DNA from: Lepidodermella squamata | Taxonomy: Eukaryota > Animalia > Gastrotricha | Direction of reading: 5' to 3' | DNA length: 64,000 bases | Assembly: GCA_047495785.1 (NCBI GenBank) | Contig: JBLDXI010000017.1 | Span: forward strand, 682,001 to 746,000 | Part shown: positions 21,746-35,306 of the stretch, piece by piece | Layout of the letters: each line of letters opens with the position of its first letter | Numbering within the stretch: position 1 is the stretch's first letter | Notes under the pieces: model-generated | The model's input: only the letters and a program-made list of their open reading frames with translations | Told to the model about the DNA's origin: nothing | Database searches by the model: none | Position numbers and translations under genes: made by a program

Positions 21746-24248
21746 TCACGCAACGTTCGTATTACCCGTGCAAGCAACTGAATCAAGCTTTTCAACTTTG
21801 ACAGTAACAGGTAGCAACAAAACGAAGCTCATCAGCCCAGAATATACTAGCCCGATGAAAGCCAATACTGCGTTAACCACGCACGGCTTGTTGGACTTCG
21901 TCACTAAGACAAGCACGACAACACTGGCTGCTAGCATCGTCATGGCATTCACCGCCGCTGCTCTGATTAGCTTACAACTTAGAGCGAATTCCCAAGGCAT
22001 GGTGCGACGCCTGAGGTCGAATGAAAACAGATTCCCAAGTAATAGCAGTCCGAAATTGAACGTGAGAACAGCTCCAAGCCAGTAGCTAAGATTCTCTGAA
22101 CCACAAAACATGACTTCGAGCTCAAAATACGTATCGGCCACTTCGTCAAACTCAATCGGATATCGATAGAAATATATTTGCGGTGGTTCTTTGAGGATCC
22201 AGAGAAACAGCGCGACCACGTTAGCAGCCATGGCTACGCTGAGAGCTTGTGACATTTCAAGTTCATTTTTATACCTGTCGCTTACGAGCGTGGAAGTGCG
22301 ACTCTGAATGACGATTCCTTTCATCTCGTACGAAGAATCACTAGGCCTCACCCTGAAAGAGTTTGTCCACTTGGCAAGATGGTTGATGTAACGAAAAGCT
22401 CGGTTGTAGACCCTGTACGTCTTAACCCGAACGAACTTGCTGTAGACGAAAATTTGACTGAAAATCAGGCTGTGGAACATGCTCAAGCTTACAACTATCA
22501 ACACTAATCTCCACCTGCATTCGGTCGCAGGAGAGAAATCGTGGCCTACGATTAGAAAAATAGCCGATGCGTTCAGGCCTATGCAGGCGAAGAAGACAAA
22601 GAGCTTCTTCCAATTTTTATAGAACATTTCAGGCTTAGCTCGAGTTGTTGCGAAGAGAAGAAGACTCTGAACCAAGGTTAGAGATACTGCTAAACAGGAG
22701 ACAATGCTGCACAGAATGCTGCCGCAATATCCGATTCTGAGCTCAATGTCAGTCAAGTCTCTTGGAGCCAGTCCTGTTTTAGTTGCCCAGATGGGCCCGT
22801 CATCAAGATAGAATGGAAAGTTTTGCTTCTCATAGTTATACGGTAGAAAGGCGACTCTACGAGGTTGCAATTTGTAAGCTTGTATTATCGATATATCTTG
22901 ATACATCTCGCCATTGATATCTCTCTTGATTCTAGGATTTCGAAATCCAACTGCTTCGAGCTCTGCCGCACTCCTTCTAGCGACTTCATATATCAAGCGT
23001 TTGTACGTCGGATTCTTGAAGTCACTCAGGGATAAATTGTAATCCTGGTTCAACGAAGCTTCAGTTTTGTTCAGGACGAGCAGCGTAAACATGTTACCGT
23101 CATGCTCACCGTAACGGGCAGTACTTAATACAGTAGAATATCCCACCTCGAGGTTCTTCGCTCTCAACAAAACGTCGTATTCTGAAGGGCTCATTCCGAG
23201 ACTGGATTGCTTCGGCATACCATAAGCACTTAGCGGAATACCAATAGCAAACAGTGCTGATAGTTGTAAGTCCAAAATTTCCCTTGTGCAGTTTTTCGTT
23301 ATGTACACCTCTCGCGGCAAGTTCCATGTCAGACAAGCTGGTATCGATACAATGAAATGGTATAGAGGTGGCTTTATTCCGTTGTGGTAGGCTTGGCATA
23401 AGAAAACCTGGCATTCCCAGGCTCCGTAAGGGAATACCAGGATAATTCTAACGTTTTGTAAGGGCAGGAAATCAGCGTCGTTGAACTCTCCAAACCAGTA
23501 AGCGCTAACAAATTCGCTGACTTCAATGTTGTTCGCTGTCAGAAGCTTGAAAGTCTCATCAGCGAGCATTGGGACATCGCGAAGGTACCAAGAGTAAACC
23601 ATTCCTACGCGTTTCCAATTGCCTATCGATTTAATGGTTTGGAAAATCGCGTATTTGTACGCGCTAACCGATCCTAGTGTTGTATAGAGATTGTTGTAGA
23701 ACTTGGATCTTCGGGATTCGATAAAAGGCCCAGCGCAGCTTTGTGAAACCTGATTTAAAGGGAATGGAATGGGTAAAGATAAATTCTAATAATTTTGTAA
23801 AATAAACCTGAATTTAAAATGCTGCGAAACTAATAAATCACATTCTCAGTGGAAAATATTACTACCCCTCGTAACCTTTTAGTAGCTTCAAAATCCTTAC
23901 CATGACCATATTGATTGCGCGATAGGTCCCTGCAGAATTGTCACAATTTCCATCTGGACCAGTCACGACGGGTGCCAGGTAAGTGTTGTTGGGCAGGTCC
24001 ATCTCTGAAAATAGTCTTGCGTGTCTGTTAAGATTGTCGTCTTCTATCGTAAACATCGCATAAGGAACGATTTCAAACTTCGCCAATACAGCCCTGGTCA
24101 TGTTGACGTATTCTATCAGAACAGTTTGACTGGGGTCTGTTATATCGAGCTTCCCCCTGATTGCTGGCCACAAGAGCCTCGGCTTCGCTGCGTAGCTGAA
24201 TTGTAGGAAAGTGATTGCCAGTAGAAAAATGTCAACAATTTTGGCCAT
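21746..24248 (-). CDS. Class C GPCR, GABA-B-receptor-like (exons 24248-23901, 23749-21746)
   Basis: Signal peptide; large Venus-flytrap-like ectodomain (NVRIILV, CQAYHNGI); no Cys-rich linker; 7 TM with ECL2 CGSENLSYW. Confidence 0.82.
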
Positions 24249-24833
24249 GTTAGAGGCAACTTTTTGGTTGACTAATTCGTAATGTGAGAATTCGAGGCAA
24301 CTTGCAAAATTTGTGAACACAGTCAAATGTTGTCACAAATTGGATATGGAGACAATGTGCGTGACGCATTGGGTTTTAACGCTCGCTGCGTTGAAGTAGC
24401 CAATCAGGCTAACGTACTGTGTACGATACTCAACCCTATGTTCCCTATGTGCCACGTCCAAATTTAATTAAGTCGGTTGGAACGTGATCGGAATCTTGAA
24501 ATTTAACCTCCCCCGTGAACTGAGATCAAGTAGCCACCATCAGCCTGTAGCATACTGCAAGCAAGCCGGATAAAATTCGACGTAGTACTTATGTTATAGG
24601 TTATAGGGTATTAAATTACCTTCTTATGTTGCCATTGCCTTAGTTCTAGGGTTCTTCAATAGTTTCTCAACAAAATTGTTCGGCTTTTTTCTGTCATTCA
24701 AAAAGTTTCATTCCGAGTGACTCATTGTAATCACCTCATCAACATGTCTTCATTTATTCAAATCCTGCTATAGAAAATAATTTGCTTCAAAAATATGACT
24801 AAATTTTCAGAGCGTCCTTGGTAACAAGTGTTG

Positions 24834-27800
24834 CTAGGGGGAATTTTCAGCAGACTTCCTCGTAAATTTAACCACATCAAGTTTTAGCTTGGTTGTTTTA
24901 GTTCTGGATTTTATCACGTTATGGTAACGATTTTCAGCTAATTTTTGCGATATCAACGAGTAGGCTTGCTTTTGCCGTGAAGTTACAGATTCAAATCCGG
25001 TTTTTCTGACGTCTTTCCCGAACAGCTGGAGGCGATAGATGAAGTATTCTAGCATAAGCATTTCTCCTGGGGTGATGTAGTGGAAAGCGACTGCGAGGCT
25101 GGAACAGCACTCCTCGCCCTCTTTGTAAGGCGCCTTGTCGTAGGTCCAGATCCAGAAGCTGGGGGGCGATTCGCCGACTAGAAGATGGCTGGTTGGAGGC
25201 AGGGGCAGAAATCGCTGCCGGCCAACATCGTCACGAGTGTCTCGAGTTTGAACGCCGACATTTCCCAGACATCGGCCAATCTCAACATCTGAAACACAAA
25301 TAAATAGAATAAATAGGACTGATTCGAATTGCGATATTTAAAAAAATCGAAGTGGATAGTCTAACTTAAATAAAGTACGCGTTTTATTATATTCGTACCT
25401 GAGCAGTTTCTGGTTATACGTAATTTTCGAAGTTTTTTGACCATAATATTTTGTTTTAAAAACTGAGTAAGGATCTTAGTAAGGATCATATCTTACCTAG
25501 AAAGCAGAGACAACTTGGCCATATCAATTTTGCCTGCATAAACATGAAATTAGGCTTGGAAATCTCAGGAAACCTAAAAGGTCCCGAAACTTAGATCGAA
25601 CTTTACGAAAACTCCTACTACGAAAACTATGTAAAAACTCCTGATTTTGCCAAGAAATTCCAGGTTATCTGAGTTATCTAGGTTCTAGGTCTGATTCTTC
25701 AAGATCTGATTCTTCAAAGTTCAAAAAGAAAACAGGAATTATTAATCCGAGATTCAAACCAAATCGAAAAATTCCTCCTTAATTTCTCAATTTTCAAGTG
25801 TGGAGTTTCAATGGATTTTCGGTGATGAAAATTATCCAAGCCCGAGTTCAATGCCAGCTATTGTAGAACCTGAGCTTTGCCGAGTCTGTGGCCTAGGTTC
25901 AGAACAGCCGAATCGACCTTTGCTAGCCAATATTTGCGCATGCATTCCTGACTATGCAAATGCAATAAGCCCCTATGCTCATAAAGACTGGTAAAAATTT
26001 ACCAATTTTAATCCTAAATTTGCACCAATTTTCTAGCATAGAATCGGAGATTATGAAACAGAACGGAAGAAGTCGATGTTCGAATTGTAAAAAGGAATTC
26101 AACATAACAACACAGCTACAATGCCTTGAAATCAAGAATATCCGGTTATGCAAACCGACTTGGCCTGAAATTTTCCTCACCTCTGGAATTGTAATAATCA
26201 TCGCTGCGTTAGCAATCCAGATGTATTTCGCACTGAAATCTTACGAAATTTACATCAGTCCTATAGAGGAGACTACAACATTGGAAACTACAACAATTCT
26301 ATGGCGAACTATGACTCGGGACAGATTCTATCGAGTCAGCACCTTGCCGCCGCCGCCGGAAGAAGTCACAGAGAAGTTTGTTCCTCAACCTTTCAGCAGC
26401 CGAATTCCAACCATTATTTTCTACGTTTCCCTCGCTATCCTTGGAACGGGAATTATAGTGATTATTTACAGCTTATGGCCATCGTTTTTTCGCTGGTATA
26501 ATGAGACATTGTGTTGTAGGAAACTTGTAACTGGTGTTAAAAAGCCTCCAGGTTACGTGATAGACTTTCGAGAAAGAAGAAAACAAGTTACCGAACCTCA
26601 AAGACCAAGAGTGGTCACCAAGGTTGAAGAACCAAAGATCGTACCTCAAGAACCACCAAAATCAGAAATTATCGAGATTCCGCCAACTCAACAAGAGATT
26701 CAAAGTGCTGAACCCTCAGTGACTATTCCGGCTACTGAACCGAAAATCGAGGAAAAGAAGATTGAACTTGAGCCTGATGCTCCAAAACCAAATGAAATTG
26801 ATAAAAAAGTGGAAGCTCCTCCGGTAAATGATGAAGATTATGAAATAGTGGAGGTAATCGAGGAGGTTCCAGGTGTTGATGGCAAGCCGCCAACGAAGCG
26901 GAAAGTCAAGGTCAGAAGAAAGAGGATAAAATACAAGAAAACTTATGGAGCTAAATCAGCTCCGAAAAAGACGGACAAGTCGTGCAGTCAGCAGTAGAAT
27001 CGATCAATTCTCGGTTTCGGATATTTATTTCTCAATTCTTAATTAATTAATTCTCAAAAAGAACGCATTTCTGGCAACCCTTAAAGGATACCATTAATTA
27101 GCCGTGAAAAAAGCGGTTTTATTGATGCAATAAAAATGTCTAAAAATATGGGAAAAAATGTTAAAAATTCGAATTTCGTAATTTCAAAATTCGAAAATTC
27201 CTGATTTCGATTTTCAATTTTTATTTAATTTTGAAAAATAAAAAAATTGATTTTATTGCTATTTTTTATCAGCAAATAAATTTAATTTCAATTTTAATAT
27301 TAATATCAATTTTTCAAAAGTTAAATTATTCAGCAACAATTTTGAAAAATGTACCTTCAGCGGTGTTATGTTTCGCCGACTTGCAGTAGAGCGGCATCGA
27401 AAATGCTTCTTCGACCAATTTAACCAGTGCCCCACGACTCAGCACATAGCCCGACCCGCCTGAATAATACGATTTAGGATCAGACCAAGTTGGATTGCCA
27501 AATTCATGTCCCAAGTACACGGCATCGCTCGGGTTGTAGTCGACCAACATCGCCCGCAAATTTTCAAAAATTACAAACGTATCATCGTCAGCTTTCATAA
27601 ACCAATCAAAGGCCTTCAAATGATTGTCGTAGGCCCACCGAAAGCCAGCTCGAGTTTTCGACCAAACATGGCCCCAGTCTGTTTCGTTCGACACTGAAAT
27701 GGCGGGCAGATCCGGGTCTTCTTTGTCACTAAGAAATACCAGCTTCGTACACCTTTTACCCCATGTTTGTTTAACAAAAGCGGCTCGCTGTTGGTGATAT

Positions 27801-28261
27801 TTTTCCGTAGTTAAAATCATGCATAGGACACGAATTTTCGCTCTTAGTAACTCGGCGATATCTGGGTCAATAAATCGAATTGAGGTCAATAGATTATCGA
27901 TTTTTCCGGCAGTTGTTTGATTGGTTAAATTCGACTCGGTGATGTTTAAACTCGTCATTGTCGGTGGTAATAGGGTGACCCGATCGATTGGGTCACCTTT
28001 GGGAGGCGGGAATCTAGGATCGTCATGCCGTTGGGCGCCGGCTTTAAATTGCTGGAAAAGCGCGAAAACAGACGATTTTTCAGCTGATTGGTCCAGGTGG
28101 TAATTAGGTGGTTGATTGTTGATTGAGGGCGGGCTCATTATGAACCAGGTCGCTAGGACGCCGAGTAGGAACCAGCCAACTGCGAAAAATGGTGAACTAG
28201 CCCCGGCAACTAGACTTGATGAGGTAGTTAAAAATCGCTTTGTTTCTTGTAAATAGGTCAT
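24834..28261 (-). CDS. C1GALT1: C1GALT1-like core-1 beta-1,3-galactosyltransferase 1 (exons 28261-27355, 25288-24834)
   Basis: IRVLCMILT, TWGKRC, DWFMKADDDTFV..ENLR, SGGSGYVLSR, EDVEIGRCL, GRQRF, CCS..AVAFHY. Confidence 0.92.
25851..26997 (+). CDS. MARCH-like RING-CH E3 ligase with 2 TM helices, nested antisense in the intron of C1GALT1-like 1 (exons 25851-25990, 26037-26997)
   Basis: Splicing yields CRVC...CAC...AHKDC...CSNC (C4HC3), followed by two hydrophobic helices and a Pro/Glu/Lys-rich tail. Confidence 0.8.
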
Positions 28262-28517
28262 AATTCCAGCATTTATTTTTTACAATCTAAACGGGGCTAA
28301 GGGTACTAGATTGAAAGAGGAAAATGATATGATAGAATAAAAATGAGTGACGAGATCGTCATTGGCTCTGGAGGAATCATGATAAAAAATGAACAAGGCC
28401 GTTAAGCTCCATCATTGAAAAAATAATTGGCACATTCTCTTCTTGGGAATATAATTTTCCAGATTTAATTGAACTGAAATTCGATGACTTCGAATTTTTT
28501 AAATTTATTTTGCTATA

Positions 28518-28691
28518 CAGGGTGGCCAAAAATTTTTGCAGAAAGCGAATTCGTTGCGCATCAATTTAATGAGGAGTTTCAATAAATTGAGGAGTTCCAT
28601 TGGCAAAAGAATGCTTTAAACTTCTTAAAACTCCTCTCATTAAACAGATGCGCATCGAATTCGCCTTCTGCAAAAATGTTTGGCCACCCTG
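28518..28691. mobile_element. Tc1/mariner-type MITE
   Basis: TA|CAGGGTGGCCAAA...TTTGGCCACCCTG|TA with long imperfect TIRs. Confidence 0.85.
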
Positions 28692-28708
28692 TAAATCAAA
28701 GGTCTCAT

Positions 28709-30105
28709 CCCAGACGGAAATTTAAGACCAAAATCTCGGCTTAATGTTTCGGCTGTTTATTTGATACCCCCAAACTGTCCAAAAATTTTACTCGAAAATT
28801 GTGGCCAAATGGTCGAACGTTAAATTTGGGCCAATTTTTCGCCAAAAGTATTTCTGAAATTGTCATATTTCGGTGTAATCGATAGGTGAAAATTTCGGCG
28901 AAACTGCTATCCGAGTTAATAGATGGGCCAAATCTATCATGCATTAGTTCCGATTCTTATATGCTGGGGTATTTACTCCATCGGCCGGCTTCGTGTTCCT
29001 CTGTTCTTTTAGTCATCTCAGATCCCATCAGCTTCTCAATTATATCGTATTTTCAATTTTAATTTGATTATAAATTTTTCATTTTAACATCACTATATAA
29101 TTGCCTGCTTGGGAATGAACGCAGGTCATGTCGAACTTGGCACTTATTTTTTCCGAAGCGCCGAAAAGATACTGTCAATATTTCCATAGGCTTTGAGGTT
29201 TATATAGGAAAAAATAACTCTCACTTTTGAGACCGAAAAAAATCAAATGAGAACTCTACTGGAGAAATTTGCCATTCCAATCTCTGCTGTGACGTGTGTG
29301 ACGCAACACAGCTTTGAGTTGCACAACAATCGCGCGGAATGAGGGCATGTCTCATTACGACTTTTTTCACTCTCATTTTAGATTGATTTGATTGCGATTC
29401 TGAATTGGGTTCTTCGCAAGAATAAGCCTGACCCTAAATTCAAGGGCAATTTCATCCGATCTTAAAATTGATAAAACGCGAAGCTTTCCCGCTAGAGCGG
29501 AGATTTTTTACTATTCCTTTCGGGGCTGAAATCGAACGGAAATTGATGGTCATGCACCCATGAATCGAATCGAAATCATTTAGTTTAACTTGGTTAATTT
29601 TATACCGTAGAAAAACAGATGAGCTATAAATTCTTGCTGCTGTGTCGCGAAAGTGAGGAAAGTAAGTCAATCCCTAATCCCTCGAAAAGAAGTGTTTCAC
29701 AGCCTTAATAAATATTGAAACGTCTGCTGCCGGCTATATGTAAGCCATATAATTCTTAATATTAAATTCCAATCAATGCCCAAAATGTCAGCGAACTGTG
29801 GAGAAATAGCTACGGTCGACAATTCGACAGTTAATTACAACGAAAATCAGTTCGCCTAAACTTACTCGCTCAAATAATCGAAAAATAGTTTTCAGCATAA
29901 GATTTCGTTAAGCTTTTTGTCCAACAGGTAAAAACTCAATTTTTGCTGAAAATCGTCAATGAAACCATGGTAGAAATTCTTAAAAGTGAAGTTGCCAAAA
30001 ATTAACGCTACATTTGAAGAATTTTATGGGGGAAATCTTACACCGAAAAATTTGGCCGAAGATTTGGTCCTAACGCCCTCTTGGCCACACGAATTTCCGT
30101 CTGGG
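28709..30105. mobile_element. Non-autonomous DNA transposon (~1.4 kb)
   Basis: TIR CCCAGACGGAAATT / AATTTCCGTCTGGG plus an inverted subterminal GACCAAA..TCGGC match; no ORF. Confidence 0.6.
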
Positions 30106-30663
30106 GCATTTTTAGAGGTGTTGCAGAGTCAAATAATTAAACCCGGAGTAAAATAAATAGGAATTCATCAATTTATTGCCCATTTTGAAAAATCAAAATA
30201 ATTTTATAAAAAAAATGCAAATTATACTCTGGTTCCAAATTGGTTCAGCAAAATTCTATAAATTAAATAAGTATAAGGGATGTATCGTCTGGAATACGTA
30301 AAATACGTAAGAATACGTAAAATTTAGTAAAAACAGCTTGCAAGAAAAGCAACGTTTTTCTACTGAAATATACCAGGTAAGACCCGTTTCTATGCTTTCG
30401 TAGCACGACGGCCGCGCAGCAGCTGCGTTGTCGCGCTTTGTTTCCGTCTGAATGGCCGGTGTTATGACGGTAATTATTACGCAAATGGTATTACCTGTTT
30501 TACTTTTTTTGAACCACATCTCACACATATAAATGTGCTGACCTAGAAGCTGAGCAGAAGAAGAGCAGCTCTTATATCGCTCCTTTTGCCCTATTATAAC
30601 GTAACTTTTCCGCTTTTTCCCATCTATGTTATGTTGAAAAGGCGAGTTTTTGCCTCATCGCAT

Positions 30664-30966
30664 CCCATATCGGCATGAAAAAGCTGAAATTGGCTGAAAT
30701 TGGCTGAAACTAGTTACCTGAAATTAGCTGTAAAAAAGCCATTTTACAGCTAATTTTAGCTCCACCGAGTTCAGCAAAGTTCTGGGTAGTGGTGGAAACT
30801 CTATCAAAAACGCAACGCGTCATCGTAGCTCGTTACTCAGATGGACCCTAACGGTTCCAAACCACCTGAAATTTACTGAACTTGACTAATTAGAATAGTT
30901 CAGCTAATTTCAGCTGGGCTCTTTAGCTTACTTCAGCTAATTTCAGCTTTTTCGTGCCGATATGGA
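30664..30966. mobile_element. MITE with GCTGAAATT subrepeats
   Basis: CCATATCGGCATGAAAAAGCTGAAATT is inverted against AATTTCAGCTTTTTCGTGCCGATATGG. Confidence 0.75.
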
Positions 30967-31491
30967 ACCTATTGCATTGTCGCGGTACTTTTATTACAAG
31001 AATGCGCGGCTGGATGATTTATATTCTGCAGAATAAATTCATTATGGAAGCCTTTATTGCGGTTGTAAAGGCCGCTTTGCAGAGAATTCTGCAATATACT
31101 ATCCGCCTGCGAATGACGCATGGCCTTATTCTGAGGTGCCCGGCATCGGCGAAAGACGCAGTTGAAAACCGCAGCTGAGACAGAACCGTAGCTTTGGTTT
31201 AAGTATTTGAATACCTGAGTATAGGTCTTCGTAGTCTCCCTAATATCTCAATAAAAGTGTTAGTAGTTTTCTTGAAGAGTCACCCGTCCAGTTTTTGAAA
31301 TAATTCTGATTCACGACGCCATGGCATCAAAACCAAACGATCTAACTGTGATTGAATGTGCTAGAAATATAATATTTAAGCTTTGAAAGGAGCGATATAT
31401 ATTTCCACGTTTCGGTACCAACAACTGTCAATTGCGAACAAAAATTAAGAAAATTCCATTATTTATTTTCACCTTGAAATTGAGAAAAAAA

Positions 31492-32996
31492 CTAAGGTTG
31501 CACAAATGGTTTGGTCAAGTTATCGTCCTTATTCGCCTCAGCCGTCGTCGAATGACTTTGATACGCGTGAAAATTTGCAATTTTCTGCGCAATTCCCGGC
31601 GGCATTTTAGGCCCAGCCTCGATTCGTACCTGCTTGGCTGAATTCAGCTCGTAGCCTTTTGATATCAAATTAGCCTTTAATGTCTCTAAACTTGATCCAG
31701 CTGGTAGAAGTTGGCTGAAAGAATCAGAGCCGATTTCCAGGTTGGATCCAAAGGGCTTAAGGCGGTATAAGAAGTATTCCATAGCTAGCATGTAGCCGCC
31801 TGGTACGTAGTGGATAAGGATTGCGGTATCTGAGCAGCAATCGTCGCCTTCGATGTATTCGAATTTATCGTATTTCCTAATCCAATTGTTGTCATCGGCT
31901 GTTCCGACTAGTAAGTGAACCCAGGGTGAGAACACGAGGAATCGGTGCCGGCCTAGGTGGTCACGTGACTCGCCCGGAGTAATTCCGATATTAAAGAGGC
32001 AGTAACCTAAATTGACAAAATAAAAAATGATGCGCTTATCAGAAATAATTAAAAAAAAATTAATTGAATTTAAATTGAAAATTAAATTTTTTTTATCATT
32101 TTTGAATTTAAATTTCTTTTTAGGAATCTTATTAAGAATTTTATTATTTTTTTCAAACATTTTTCAAAAAATTAAAAAATATTTTACCTAAATTTACATC
32201 TTCATGAGCGTCGGTTGACGGCGGTGGGCATTTGACAGGGTTTGGAAAGGCCTCTTCGACCAGCCGGCGAAGAGTTGACCTTGAAAGCACGTAAGCAGCG
32301 CCGGAAACAAAACTTTCGCCGATTACCGATCCCGCTACCGAGAAATGACGACCGAAATAATGATCACGTTCCGGGCTATGATTGGCCAAGAAAGCGCGAA
32401 GGTTCTCCATTATGATGAAAGAATCATCGTCGGCTTTAAGAAACCAATCGAAATCGGACAAATCGTCTGGAAAAAGTCATCAGTAAAATTGAATAAATTA
32501 TTAAAAAATTGTAACTTACTATCATGAACCCATTGTAAAGCTCCTCTCATTTTGAAGGTAACATAACCTCTCCCAGCGAATTGGGAGAATTTAAAAGCCG
32601 GTAAATCCGGGTCATCGTCATCCGAAGCAAACAGAAGCTTTGTACACCTTCGACCCCAAGTATTCTAGAAGTTTCAAATTTTTCCAAAATTTTCCTGAAT
32701 TTTTCTGATTTTTATACCTTGACGTGAATGGCTCGTTCCTTATGCCTGGAAGCTGTTGTTTGGCAAATGCATAAAATTCGCATGGAATTTGTTAATAATT
32801 GCATAGCCTCAATTTCATCCAATCTCTTCGATTTCGCATCATCGGAATTTGAATTTTGATTTATTTTAGCCTCGAATAGCAGGTAATTATTGTTCGAGTC
32901 GTAGTACTGCCTCGGTCGGAATGTAACGAGGACGAAAGTTGCAATTACTCCGAAAAATGCTAATCGAACGTACAAATCGATTTGGCTAAATCTCAT
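31492..32996 (-). CDS. C1GALT1: C1GALT1-like 2 (4 exons)
   Basis: MRILCICQT, TWGRRC, DWFLKADDDSFIIMENLR, HEDVNLGYCL, GRHRF, CCSDTAILIHY. Confidence 0.9.
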
Positions 32997-34033
32997 CCTA
33001 AAAATAATATTGTTGGGAAATGGACAATTTTCATCAAAAATGTGCGCATATGATGAGAAAACACCAAAATGAGGCAAAAATGAGGCGATAGCGTGACACA
33101 AAATAATATAACTATGATATACCTGTGTCAATTTATTGCGAGCACTTGTTACTTAGTGCGCGGACGTTACGATATAGCAATTTATCACTTGAAACTGCGA
33201 TGATGAATGAAGCTGTTTGTCGCCGGCTTTGCCTGCTCATCTTGACGATGGCAATTAAAAGGCAAACACATAGCAAAAACCAACAAGTTCAACACGTCCC
33301 ACTGCTGGATGTGTAAGGCTAACTAACATCAGGGATGGGTATATAATGCAGGGTGATTAAACTGCTGCGGCTACTGTATAGGCTGGACAACACGTTTCGC
33401 GTTATATACAGCAGCAGCAGCTATAGTATGAGTTAGGGATAGGCACGCAACAACGGGGGGCCACAAGTCACAAGGGTGCTCTCTGCGGCTCGTTCAGCGG
33501 CAACTCGAATGTGCGCATCGCTAAATTAATGTCTTGTTATTATTGTTCATGTGTCATCTTATATACCTACAGGTCGCTTTTTTGTGTCTGCGATGTTTGT
33601 GTCACCCGTGTATTATTATGATATAGGTACTATTATGCGCATATTTATGACTGGGGCGGTTATATTTGCGAGGGTGAGTAAAAGCGCGTACGCAGTTGAG
33701 CGTGAACTGAGAACTGAGAAAAAATATGAAAAATTTCTAAAAAAAATTAATTTACAAATTATAGTCTCAGCGGTTTTCTTGCACTTGTTTTATAGTCCAG
33801 AAGTAATAATTAGCATCATGTTGCTAGGGTTTATTGCGTTTAAACGCGTCCTTGGAGACCTATAAAAAAATTACGTTTCCGCTCTCACTCGGCGCGTATT
33901 TTTTTATTATTCCTGTAAATTATTAAAAAAAAACCGCCACGCGTTCAATCACCGGATGCCACGCGAAAAACACGCTGGAAAGTGAACAAAAAAATGATTT
34001 ATTTGCTCAATTCACACTGGTTCATTTTTGAAA

Positions 34034-35256
34034 ATGCGAGGCGGTTTTCATTTAAGGTGGACAATTGCTATCACCCTGCTATCATTGAATTTATTAGTCA
34101 CAATTTTTGTTCCATGGTCGAATTTTCGCAACGATGCTGAATTTGCTGAGGAAAATTCGCCGTTTTTCCTGAATTTACTGCCCGAAAATCGAGCCGATTC
34201 AGTGGATGAATTTCTCGCTTCAACGATTCGCATCCTTTGCGTGGTTCAAACAACTTCGGCTGATAATAAGCATGCTAAACGAGCGGCTATTGTCAAGCAA
34301 ACTTGGGGTAAACGGTGCACCAAGTTGATTTTCGCCTCGGATTTGAACGACCCGGAATTACCGGCTTACGAGTTCACTGAACCGGGTCGGAGCTACGTGA
34401 CGTTCAAACTCCGAAACGCGTATCGATTCGTCTACGGCAAATACCTCAACGAATTCGATTGGCTGCTGAAAGCTGATGACGATACTTTTGTTGTTATGGA
34501 AAATTTACGGGCTTTCCTGGCCGACTACGACCCGGCTGAGCCGTATTACTTTGGCCGTTCCTTCACGGCTGCGAATAATGTTACCTACGCGCCAGGGTGC
34601 GCTATAGTTCTATCGAAACCCGCCTTAATAAAGCTGGTCACTCAAGCGTATCCGACTCGAGATAACTTGCTGTGCCCCCGGCCGGAGTTGAATCGGCATG
34701 AAGATATGGATACGGCTCAGTGTTTAAGCTATGCTGGCGTGCCGTTGAGTGATATGAGGGACAGCAGGGGTCGGCATAGGATCTTGGTCTTCGCACCCTG
34801 GTGGCTGCTTTTAGAGGGTGCGACAAACAAAACAAATTGGATATGGCGATATGACAAGTAAATAAATCATTTTCCTTGATATTTTCAAAGGCATTAATTA
34901 AACTTGAAAATTAATTAATTAATTTTAATTTTTAAAATTGAAATTTTCAGGATTTTCAATTTTTTCAAAAACTATAAAAAATGGGGAAAATGTTGGAAAA
35001 ATTCAATAATTTTGCTGATTTTTATATATTTATTTCTAGGTCTTTCACTGAGGGAGAAAACTGCTGCTCGCCGTCCGTAATCGCTTTGCATTACATTCAC
35101 GGTGCCCACATGCTGACCTTCAATTACCTGCTGTACGGCGTAAAAATTTTCGGCAAAGACGCGCCAACGTACTCATCTTCTCACTCGTCAAATATCATCG
35201 AAAATTACCGGCGAAAATTGCTGAAAAATAATTATAAAATTCCAGATATTGAATAA
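34034..35256 (+). CDS. C1GALT1: C1GALT1-like 3 (exons 34034-34857, 35040-35256)
   Basis: TWGKRC, DWLLKADDDTFVVMENLR, HEDMDTAQCL, CCSPSVIALHY. Confidence 0.9.
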
Positions 35257-35306
35257 ATAAATACCTTCTGCTATTTTTTATTTTCGCATCTCACTTTTTT
35301 GGTCAG

